From Cyanophora paradoxa CCMP329 (lineage: Eukaryota; Plantae; Glaucophyta): DNA of 39,302 nucleotides. Location: positions 1 to 39,302 of the forward strand of contig QPMI01000073.1 of the NCBI GenBank assembly GCA_004431415.1, in the 5' to 3' direction. The position numbers and the translations under genes were made by a program. Below, piece after piece: positions 29,774-39,302 of this stretch. Below the pieces are notes generated by a model. It saw only the letters and a list, made by a program, of their open reading frames with translations, did not search any database and had not been told where the DNA came from. Positions within the stretch are counted from its first letter, which is position 1. The number at the start of each line of letters is the position of its first letter.

Positions 29774-31921
29774 TAAAGGTTACTGGTAACAGTTAGGTCC
29801 CCTGTGATTGTTCCACCAGTTTTGAGAAGATACTTTGATAATTCAAGAGCAAGTTCATTTTTCGTTACATAATTTGCAAGCATAGCAAGGGTAACTATAT
29901 TCACAAGGATCACAGCAGTAAGGTAATCCTCTGTGACCACTCTCGAAATATTTTCATTGTGTATGTTTTTTGCAGCCATCCTCTGATTGGCTTCCAGAAC
30001 CCACCATAATCGGTTTTAATCCATGCAAGCTCTGCCCTCCCATAATTATCATTTGCAGTTCCCACTATGGGAATATACGAATATTTATCTCTGCTGAATA
30101 CTATCATTGGTCTTGAGCCATCTAAACTGCTTACATCTGCTACATGAACCTGTATAGCAGAGTTGAAATTTTGGTAGGTTGCTGGGTCTGTTGGGACTCT
30201 GAATGTATCTGTGGGAATGTCAGCCTCCATGTAGCTTGACACAAAGATATTTGGTATGGTTGCTCCTGGTTCAGGTGGTGGATTATAAGAGCCTGGTAGT
30301 GTCCTAATATGAAGTGGTCCTCTCATAGCTGAATTCGCAAGTGTCCCATTCACATGAACATAGTGTTCATTCAAAAAGATTCTTTCAGGGACATTACAAG
30401 TCTGATAAAGAGAAACCCCCAAGTTATCAAGAGGCTCTACCTTTGCGAATTCTGGTTGGTCATTGATCTCATCCAAGTGTGTTCATGTTTGCTTGGTGGG
30501 AACTCAGTAGGTATCCCATCAATATCACCCAATCATGCCTGTGATCTTCTGGTGGATACTTTTGAGGTTTGCCTAAGATCTCATCCAATCATGATTGTGA
30601 TCCTCTGGGGATACTTTGCAGGTTTATTATTTATTTGTTCATAATCAGGAAAGAACTCCCAGATCTCAGGTCGAAATCCATCTGGTAACAATTCCTCATG
30701 GGGTTCATAAGGTTGCTCATAATCAACAGCTGGTGGATCATGCCCATCTGGCAAATACTCCTCATCAGGTTCATAGTTCTGCTCATACTCAAACTCTTGG
30801 GGATCTAAGCCATCTGGTAGTATCTCCTCCTCATTGGGGTCAAACTGATCATATTCATATTCTTGTGGGTCAAAACCATCTGGTAAATATTCTTCCTCAT
30901 CTGGAACGAATTGATATTCATCAAGCTCTAATATATCGACTTCAGGAGGTAAATACTGCTCATCTATTTGCTTTCTGGGTTCAATTATAGGTTTATTGCG
31001 AACTTGCTCCCAACTAACAATATGCTGCCCAAAGGCTACATCTTCAGTTGCTGTGTATTCTCTTCCAGGCTGTTTCTTTGGTGTTAAATCGGGAGGTCCA
31101 TTTGGAAATGGAATAGGGAATGGGACTGTTGGTCCATTGGGACCATAATGCTCAATTATTTCCCTTAGAGTTTTCTCACTCACAAGTTTCTCCCCATTTG
31201 CATACACATTGCTGCCATGGATATTTCGCCATTGCCTGGTTCTAATTCCAAGGTCTTTCACATTGCTATACAAAGGCAAAAGGTGCCTATCCATTTCGAC
31301 TAAATCAGGATGTAAATGGATTGCTACTGGTTGACTGGGGCTACTGTTGATTGTAATTGATGGCTTTTTTTGATGGACATCTTTTGGAGTAAAGAAACCA
31401 AAAGGCTCATTTCTTGCAAAGTCATAAGTAATATCCTTGGGGTAGACATCATTTGTGTAGGAGACCTGATTTGTATTGGCAATGGGACCCACTTGCAATA
31501 CTTGGGGGACCTCAGCTTTTGCAGTGCTGCCCTCATTGTAAATTCGCAAAGCTGTGTTCTGTTTGCCCTGCTCATCTTGAACATTGAAAATCAATCGACC
31601 ACTATCGAACCTGGAAGGTATATCTGGGTGAGTGCCACTGGTTTTTAGTTTCCTAGGTCTCCTTCTTGTTGCTTTGATCTCTGCCACTTGGTTTGCTTTC
31701 ACATTACCCAAACTAAAGGCTACACTGACATCCTCTTTATCTGGATCGGTTTGATTCACAGATAAAGCATGCTCCCTTGATTGAGTCTTTGATGAATTAT
31801 CAGAGCTGTGGTCAATTGAAACTGAACCCTTTACTTTAATATTATCAAAGTTCACATGCTTGGTGCTGCTTGCATTATCATCTTGAATGGTTTCTAGATT
31901 TGGTGGGTAATTGAAGCTCAT
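29768..31921 (-). pseudogene. Outer copy: 5' part of the giant fibre gene, interrupted by the inner element
   Basis: Mirror of 19333..21489; continues at 1313 towards 1 on the far side of the insertion. Confidence 0.9.
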
Positions 31922-31964
31922 GGCTTTTACTATATGGATTTATAAAATTCCTGATAAGTAAAAG

Positions 31965-33517
31965 ATGCCTCTCAAGGTCGTTTTAAGTCTTTCTGGCGGG
32001 GGTGCAAGGGGCATTATCATAACCAGGCTGCTAAAAGAAATCGAAAATCGAACTGGCAGGAGAATAATCGATCTTGTGGATCTTGTGAGTGGAACTTCCA
32101 CTGGTGGGATCATTGCAATAGGTTTGAATATAAGGCATCCTGATAAACCAGGTGAACCTAAACTCACAGCAAACGATTTACACAACATTTACCTAGCCCA
32201 ACTGCCCTTGATTTTCGCAAATCCTCGAAATATAATCGAAAATGCCCTATTTAATACAAAGTATGATGTGGACCCTTGGAGACTGCAATCAATTCAGTTA
32301 CTGGTGAATCACTCATACAGGATTCCCTAAAAGACATTGTGATTACATCCTTTGATACTCAGAATATGAAACCAATATTTATCACAAATGACAACAATTA
32401 CAACTTTATGCCTTGTAAGATTGCTGCCAGGGCTACTTCTGCTGCTCCTACATATTTCTCTCCTGTAAGCATTGTTGATTTCAATCGGGGAGTATATGTC
32501 TGTCTCATTGATGGTGCCATTTCGGGAAACAATAATCCCAGTGTGTGTGGTTACAGCCATGCAAAGAAGATTTACAGTGATGATGATGATATTATAGTAA
32601 TAAGCATCTCTTGTGGAGAGGTAGACCCACATTTAGAGTCTGATTATGTGGGTTATGCTTATGAGACTGTGAACAGCTGGGGCATTCTCTCATGGATTGC
32701 CTCAACAGATGGAAGCCCATTGATTAACATGCTCATGGCTGCAAGTGAGCTTTCTGCCCTTGATAAAATGGAGGAGTTGTTACCCTACAACTATGATCAG
32801 GATTATGGGAGATATTACAGGCTATCAGTACCTCTTCCAAATCATATAGTAAGCTCCCTTGATGACACTTCTAAAATCCCAGATATGCTTTCTTTCACAG
32901 AAACATACATAGCAGCAAACAATGATATGATCAATAAGCTTTGCAGCCTTTTAGTAGCAAACTATGAACTAAAGAACCCTACAAAGGCTTACATCTCATC
33001 CACTCTCACTACATCACCTCCTTTGGATGCTAATTGGTATCAGCTTGCAGATGATGCCTTTACTGCCTCATCCTCTGTGACAGGTAAAGAGCCTTTCATG
33101 GCTAGACCTTCAGCATTTGGCTGGGAAGCTGGAGCCTATGCTCCTGAACAGATATGGGAAACCCCACTGAATACCTACAAGTTGCTTTTCCATATACTTT
33201 TGAACTCTCTTCTGTGATTGCCTATGGATCAGGGGACACCAATGCTTTTATTAAGACTTTCAATGTGGCAACATCCACTGATGGGATCAACTGGTCTTTT
33301 ATTCGATCAGATGGGCAGAACAAAATATATGTCTGTGAGAACATCAACAATGCTCACAACTCAGGTGATGTGGCTTTATTGAGTGGATTCCTCTCAGCAT
33401 CAAGGATGCTTTTTACATAGGTTTTTCTCTCAGAATTAAATATATTCGCATTTATCCCTTGTGTATGTGAATGCTCCCACAATGAGAGTTGATTTCACAG
33501 GTGCCTTTATTCGATAA
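31965..33517 (+). CDS. Outer copy: patatin-discoidin protein (homopolymer frameshifts)
   Basis: ORF fragments match pieces of 17733..19289. Confidence 0.85.
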
Positions 33518-34439
33518 ACTCCAACTGAAAAGAATTATCGATTCCATTCATATCAATCAGTTCACCAAAGTAATCTTTAAATTCAACTGTGAGTTCCCTT
33601 ATCACCAGGTTTCTGTCATTTATCTGAATGAATTCTGCATGCTCACCACTATGGTAAACATAGCCACCTATATCCTTACTCAATTGCAATCTAAGGATAG
33701 CTCCCTGGTTTTGTGGTTGCGATTTTGGAATTATATTGTGTCTGCTGGCAAAGGGGGCAAGCTCTTTAATATGCATGTACAGATACTGCTCAGCATTCAT
33801 ATCAGACATCTTATTACTGGTGAAATAATACTGCAAGGGCTTTGAGGAGAGTCTGGGTCCTGAGAAGGTGATTCCCCATGCTGGGTGATCAGGTGTAATA
33901 GGTTTACCATCATACTTTAAAAGGTTCTCAGGTCGATAGGGAGATCCACCAACAGGAGGAGTGCTATAATACCCATTGGTGTATTCAGTAGAACTTACAC
34001 CCAAAAGCTTCCCGATTCGATTGTTGCTTGCAATAAAACGAAACTCATGGTTACTGTAAAACTCCACTTTATAGGTTGTTGGATTGTAGAATATCTTGAA
34101 TTCAAAAAACACTGTTTTACCTGCAATGGTCTGGTAGCCTGAATAGTTCAGCCCATAATTATAGGGATGTGTTACCCCAAAATGACCCTGGTTAATGTAG
34201 CCACTGGGAAGGGGATACACTTTCTGTGTGATGATTTCATTGTATGAACCATCTTGGTAGTTAAAATCAACTGTTAAATGATCAGTCCCCACACTGTTAT
34301 AGATACTGTTTGGAATCTCTGCATATAGAACCCTGCATTCTCTTGGTCTCTCTACTGGAGTTGTGAGGGTGACCCTGTAAGAGTTTTCATTTTGTCCTTG
34401 GCTTCTATCCCTGCTATCAATATTAACAAGTCGATTCAT
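33507..34439 (-). CDS. Outer copy: penton 2 (intact)
   Basis: 310 aa identical to 16811..17743. Confidence 0.87.
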   Translation of the reverse strand: MNRLVNIDSRDRSQGQNENSYRVTLTTPVERPRECRVLYAEIPNSIYNSVGTDHLTVDFNYQDGSYNEIITQKVYPLPSGYINQGHFGVTHPYNYGLNYSGYQTIAGKTVFFEFKIFYNPTTYKVEFYSNHEFRFIASNNRIGKLLGVSSTEYTNGYYSTPPVGGSPYRPENLLKYDGKPITPDHPAWGITFSGPRLSSKPLQYYFTSNKMSDMNAEQYLYMHIKELAPFASRHNIIPKSQPQNQGAILRLQLSKDIGGYVYHSGEHAEFIQINDRNLVIRELTVEFKDYFGELIDMNGIDNSFQLEFIE

Positions 34440-34468
34440 TTTAATATATAAATATAGATAAAAGAAGA

Positions 34469-35477
34469 ATGCCTGTGGATTACATCGAGGTTAGCTCATT
34501 TAATACAATCTCTGGTGATGGTCCCACATCAAGCTTTGTGGCTCGACTTCCCAGTACTTATGAGAATGTGAGGGCTGTGAGACTGGTCTCAGCCGAATTT
34601 TATAACAGCATCCCTATGGTGAGTGGTGAAACCAAAGCAGGAGATGTAACAGTTGATAACACATTTAGTATTTATTATTCTGAACAAACTCCTGGAGCTG
34701 GAAGCTCAGGAATTCCAACAACTCGTCCAGCTGCTGATTTTGAACAATGGAAACAGTTCATGGTAAATCGCGAGACCCCCATCCAAAGCCACCAACAGCT
34801 GGTGAATGTAATCAACTCAAAATTCATTGGCAGAACTCCCCAACCATCTCTTCGCTGTAAATGGGATGAGTCACTGAAACGAATTATATTCCACTCAGCA
34901 GTGCCTTTTTACCTGGCTTTTTCACTTGCTGTAAACCCAAGCCAACAAACAATCCAAAAGCTATTGAGTTCAGCTAGACTGCTTGGTCTTGATCCTGGAA
35001 GATATGGGAATTCCCCAATCAAATCCCAAGTTTATGATGCTCTCACTGATGGAATCTTTACTGGTGGTCGAGTGAATGGCATTATATCTTCATTTGAGCC
35101 TGAAAAGACCAGGGACAGTGTTTTGTTTGTGAGAGTAAAGGAGCTGGGTGATCTGGTTCAATGTGGGATGGTCTTCTGACTGGTTACTTCCATAAAATAG
35201 TGGTACCTGACAAAGACTATGGTGAGCATGTAGTTTACAATTCGACAGAGGCTCATCCACTTTACAAATATTATAATAAAAAGGTTGGATTATCCACTTT
35301 TTCGGTTGATATTGTGAATGCTGTTAATGAACCAATTGATTTCGAGGGTCAACCTGTTCATCTGACCTTTGAAATTCGCTATGGTGATGAGCCAGCAGGG
35401 ACCCAGTTTATGAATACTATAAGATGAGAATGTCGCAGCTTCACCCTTCCTATCCAGTTATTACAAACTTCGCATAA
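34469..35477 (+). CDS. Outer copy: penton 1 (homopolymer frameshifts)
   Basis: Fragments match 15771..16781. Confidence 0.83.
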
Positions 35478-35530
35478 ATTAAGGATCATTGGTAGATTTT
35501 TTATGTTGCAGTATAATAAAAGAGAATATC

Positions 35531-36904
35531 ATGGATATCACTTCCACTCTTCAAAGACTTTCGCTGAAAGAAGCCCTAACAACCCAGAGGAGGCGAAAGC
35601 CTTTTTCCTGGATAACTCCCTTATGCTTGGTCTCGAATCCAAGTCTAAGCCAGTTCTAGTTGTTGTGAATCCCAGCAATACTTTTGAGAATAATGTAGGA
35701 AATCGCATTTCCTTCAAGCTACCTCGCTACAATTTCTGTGGAAAACTCGAACTTGCTTTCGACCTACCAGAAATCACTGCTTTTGAAGGTGATACTGATC
35801 TGGTTCGCAATGGCTACACTCGCCCAGTTGGTGCTTTAGTTCAGCGACTTGAAATTACCTATGGATCTTACACCTACCATATCCCCTCTGATTTCCTTGC
35901 TCATTTCCCCTGGTCTATTATTCGGAGGATCAACTAGCCAAAAAGAAACAATCAATGGGCATGGTTCATGGCATCCCTGCTCATGGAACCAACCGCCTTG
36001 GTGGCTCATTCTTTGTTGAAATCCCAGTTCCTTGGCTAAATCACTATCTTCCCCTTGGTGCTTTATCTGGTGAAATGGTTGTTACTGTTTGGTTTAAGGA
36101 TGCTGGAAAGGGTTATGTTGAAACTTCTTATGGTGGTCGTGGTCTTATTGTTGCAGCAGCTGATACAGATTATTCTAAAGATGATGGTCTTGGAACTGCC
36201 CCTGCTGAAACTGTTCTGGCAAATGTTGGACAAAACATCACCACTTTCACTCTTGGTAAAACAACCCCAGAAACTATTAAAATTACTTCTCCTCGCCTTT
36301 ACATGCATGCTGTAAATGTTTCTGATGATCTTTTTGCTACTGTAATTGAAAAGGTTAAGACTACTGGCATGGCTATTCCTGCTCTAGACATTGGATTTGT
36401 AGATGCTAGTGCTTTTTCTGCCAAGGGCAATGCCCAACCCAATCGAATTAACCTCTCTCAAATCTCTGGACTGGTTTATGCTCTGCTTGTTTCAGTTCGT
36501 GATCATGCAACTGTTGACAAATCCAATGGCTCCCACAGTGTTCTTAAGACCTATGCCAACTCCAAAGATATTACTTTCACTGTTGAAATTAATGGACAGC
36601 GACTTTATGCCACTGAGCCAATTCCACTGCTCAAAGGTGCTGAGCTAATTGCTGATGCCTTCAAATGCTCTAACATGGATAAGGTTGTTGATAAATATGT
36701 CCTTTCAGGACTCCCATTCTGCCTTGATGGAGAAAAGGCAATTCGAAATATTGCTCAAAGTGGATTTGTTGACCTGACAAATTCCTCCTCTTCATTCCTC
36801 ACCCTCTACATGCTTCAGATAAGGTAATCGATGTTAATGTTCGCGCTCTCATGCATAGTTTCATAATTTTGGACAAAGATGGATTACGTCGTATAAATCT
36901 TTAG
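35531..36904 (+). CDS. Outer copy: major capsid protein (frameshifts)
   Basis: Fragments match 14341..15717. Confidence 0.8.
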
Positions 36905-36968
36905 ATCTTACCATATTCAGTCACCCTGCATTATTTTTATCTGTCTTTATTTAGAAAGATATACAACA

Positions 36969-37750
36969 ATGAATGATCTGGATGAATTTGATGCTGGTGA
37001 AATGATAGAACCACCATTTCGTGTACTGGCAATAGGAAAATCAGCAACTGGTAAATCAGAAGCTGTAAAGTATTGGTTAAAGCAGTTGCATGATGCCAAA
37101 AAGATTGATGTTGTATTAGTTGTGAGTGGAACCAGCTTCAATCATTTCTGGGATAAAGTGGCAACACTGCAACTGGGAAAATGGGATGCCCCTTACATTT
37201 CTAAATTGCTAGATGAGAGGCAAGAGAAAATAGAAAAAGGCGAACCTGTTAATCAGTTATGTGTGGTTTTAGATGATTTAATCGATAATGAAATAGTCGA
37301 TTTGACCAGGGATAAAATAATAGGATCTCTGTATTCGCGTGGGCGCCACTCGAAAATCTCGATTTTTTGCATAACTCAGAAACTGCGTAAGGTTTCTTCA
37401 ACAATTCGAGTTAATTCGGACTATGCTATGTTTTTAAGTGCTGCAAATCGCAAAGAACTGGAAGCCATAGAGGAAGAATACAATATAATGCGAAATAAAG
37501 AGGATTTTTACAAGATGTTTGAAGAGTATGTTCACTCCTATCAGTATATTATTTGGTCCTCTGCAAACTACTCAGTTAAATACTTTGTAGATAAAGCTGA
37601 GCTTGTGAAAGATTTCCATTTCCTCGCTTCCACAGAAAGCCAAAAAAGAAAGAAGATGAACTGAAACCACCAGAGAAAGAGGAAGCCCCTAAAGAAGTGA
37701 AAAGCCAAATCCATAGCAATAAATTGATGAGATATAAACGCGGTTTATAA
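36969..37750 (+). CDS. Outer copy: packaging ATPase (frameshift near 3' end)
   Basis: Identical to 13494..14276 up to LVKDF. Confidence 0.9.
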
Positions 37751-37778
37751 AATTATCTCTCATTCTAATAAAGATACA

Positions 37779-38509
37779 ATGCCTCCCAAACGAAAAATAG
37801 GGATCCCAGCTGGGGCTGTTGGCTATTCAGGTGGTGGAAACAATGGATCCATTAACACTGAACCACTGAAGTTCAATGGTATGAATGAGGTGAAGCCCTC
37901 ACAACAACAAGAAGACCCCCTCAATGCTGCCTATGAAGAATCATTCGATGACAAAGCCCCACAGGCTTCAACCAGTGACCAACTCAACATCTCACCTGAA
38001 GCCTCAAAATGAAAGCTGTTGCTGAGGGTGCCAGGCGAATTATTGGTGCTGCTGATGATAAAGGTCTAGGCTTGCAAGATCTTTCACTGGCTCGCAAAGG
38101 TGAAGGTCTTAGTAAGGAATCAGACAAGGTAATCCAGTCTATGGCTGGTGAAGTCACATATAAAACTGCTCCCACTCAAAATATACATCGAATTCCCAAG
38201 GCTCAATGGGATGAGATGACTGCTAAACTCAAAGACTTGGAAGCTAAATCAAGTGCCTTGGAGCAGTATGTTACTGAGAAGAAAGAGAGAGCCAAGCTCA
38301 AGGAGATGCTCGAAAGGAAGTTTATAAAATGGGAATTACTGGTGTCCCAGATAAACAGTTTATTGCTAAGAAAGAGAACCAAATCGATGAGCAGGCAGTA
38401 GATGAAATGAAAACAAAGACCCAGAAGGGAACTATTGAACCTGGTGCACCAAAGCTGAAGTAGAAAAGGGAGTAGCCCCAACAGTATATAAAAGACGAGT
38501 TTGGCTTAA
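37779..38509 (+). CDS. Outer copy: MPPKRK hypothetical protein (frameshifts)
   Basis: Mirror of 12731..13465. Confidence 0.7.
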
Positions 38510-38531
38510 TTTTCTCTGTTTTATTAGAGAC

Positions 38532-38804
38532 ATGGATATAATACGAAAGTTTATTGAGATGCTCAGTCTGCATGTGGTGAGCAATTGCCACAGTGGATGC
38601 TGTGACACAACAATAGAGTTTGAGATGTCAGATACTGAGGATAATGCCTCAGAAGCAAGAGAGAGAAGGAGATCAACAGTTTCTGTGGAGTCAATGCCAG
38701 CAGACCCCACAGAGTATACATATGAGCAACAGGAGTATCCAAGGAGAAGTTCTCTGCCAGCAGAAAACGTTTTCTCTGGGAATATAAATGGAGGACACTA
38801 TTAG
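38532..38804 (+). CDS. Outer copy: small Cys-cluster protein
   Basis: Identical to 12436..12708. Confidence 0.6.
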   Translation: MDIIRKFIEMLSLHVVSNCHSGCCDTTIEFEMSDTEDNASEARERRRSTVSVESMPADPTEYTYEQQEYPRRSSLPAENVFSGNINGGHY

Positions 38805-39030
38805 TTTAATCGAGTTTACCAGTGATGAACCTGTTACTGAGGGGTCTATAAGACACATTCTGGCAATGCAGAAACGATATAGAGATGACCCAGCATATAG
38901 AGAGTATAAGAAACAACAAGCCTGGCATCCTATTATCGCAGAAAAGCCAAAAAGAGGAGCAGAGACCCAGAGGGAGACCGATTAAATATTATTTGCCAAC
39001 TGAAAGTAGCAATGGACCCCAGGTCTATAA
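38788..39030 (+). CDS. Outer copy: small basic protein (frameshifts)
   Basis: Mirror of 12207..12452. Confidence 0.55.
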
Positions 39031-39302
39031 GATAATCGAGAAAAAGCGGTCTCAGTATGCTACTGAGGCAGCTATAAAACTATATACAAAGGAATTGGCT
39101 TTATACTTGCAATCAAGTCACAGATAACTTTTGTAAATATGCTTTTGTTGTTTTTTGTTTGCATTCTCAGACACTGAGACTGTAATGTGAATATTCACTG
39201 ATCTATTCCTCTTTGGTTTTGCTGCATACAAATTGTAACCTATCAATCTTTCTGACATTTCGATATATGCCCCAATATCTCCATGTTGAATGCATTTATC
39301 TA

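Larger units (their letters stand above)
29768..39302 (-). mobile_element. Outer (target) copy of the same element, right flank; reverse complement of ~11935..21489
   Basis: Same genes in mirrored order (fibre 5' part, patatin, two pentons, MCP, ATPase, small ORFs); the 310-aa penton is identical to the inner one. Confidence 0.95.

Noticed and set aside
3399-38710. Numerous antisense and alternate-frame ORFs overlapping the main genes
   Set aside because: Shadows of well-supported genes with no independent motifs.
29768-39302. Outer copy as an old decayed pseudogenised element
   Set aside because: The lesions I checked are 1-bp deletions in short base runs with no evident substitutions, and the inner copy shows the same error type; this fits long-read consensus error better than decay.
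1-39302. Prophage of a bacterium
   Set aside because: Despite phage-like fibres and speD, the rve integrase, TIR/TSD structure, vOTU-pPolB, A32 ATPase, DJR capsid and lack of consistent Shine-Dalgarno sites point to a eukaryotic Polinton-like virus.

Overview
The window holds one complete ~28.45 kb Polinton/Maverick-like virus (1314..29767) with ~1.06 kb terminal inverted repeats (TIRs) and a 6-bp target-site duplication (CTTGTG). It is inserted in reverse orientation into the giant fibre gene of a near-identical copy of itself (flanks 1..1313 and 29768..39302), so no host DNA is visible. Replication and integration genes: rve integrase, a protein-primed family-B polymerase (vOTU, zinc finger and endonuclease VII domains present; proofreading motifs apparently lost) and a PrimPol/D5 primase-helicase. 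Virion genes: A32-like packaging ATPase, double-jelly-roll major capsid protein, two head-to-head pentons, a ~1430-aa phage-like fibre and four paralogous fibre/spike proteins sharing an N-terminal domain (two end in C1q heads). Accessory genes: a patatin-discoidin fusion and an S-adenosylmethionine decarboxylase. No adenain-type maturation protease was recognised. Non-coding highlights: a 283-bp cassette at each end bounded by inverted copies of the terminal 28 bp, iteron-like hairpins in the TIRs and right after the primase-helicase gene, a degenerate tRNA-like Pol III unit, a repeated promoter motif, and strong context-dependent CpG depletion. Most frameshifts are 1-bp homopolymer deletions, probably long-read errors. 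All protein calls are from motif recognition by eye, not database searches.
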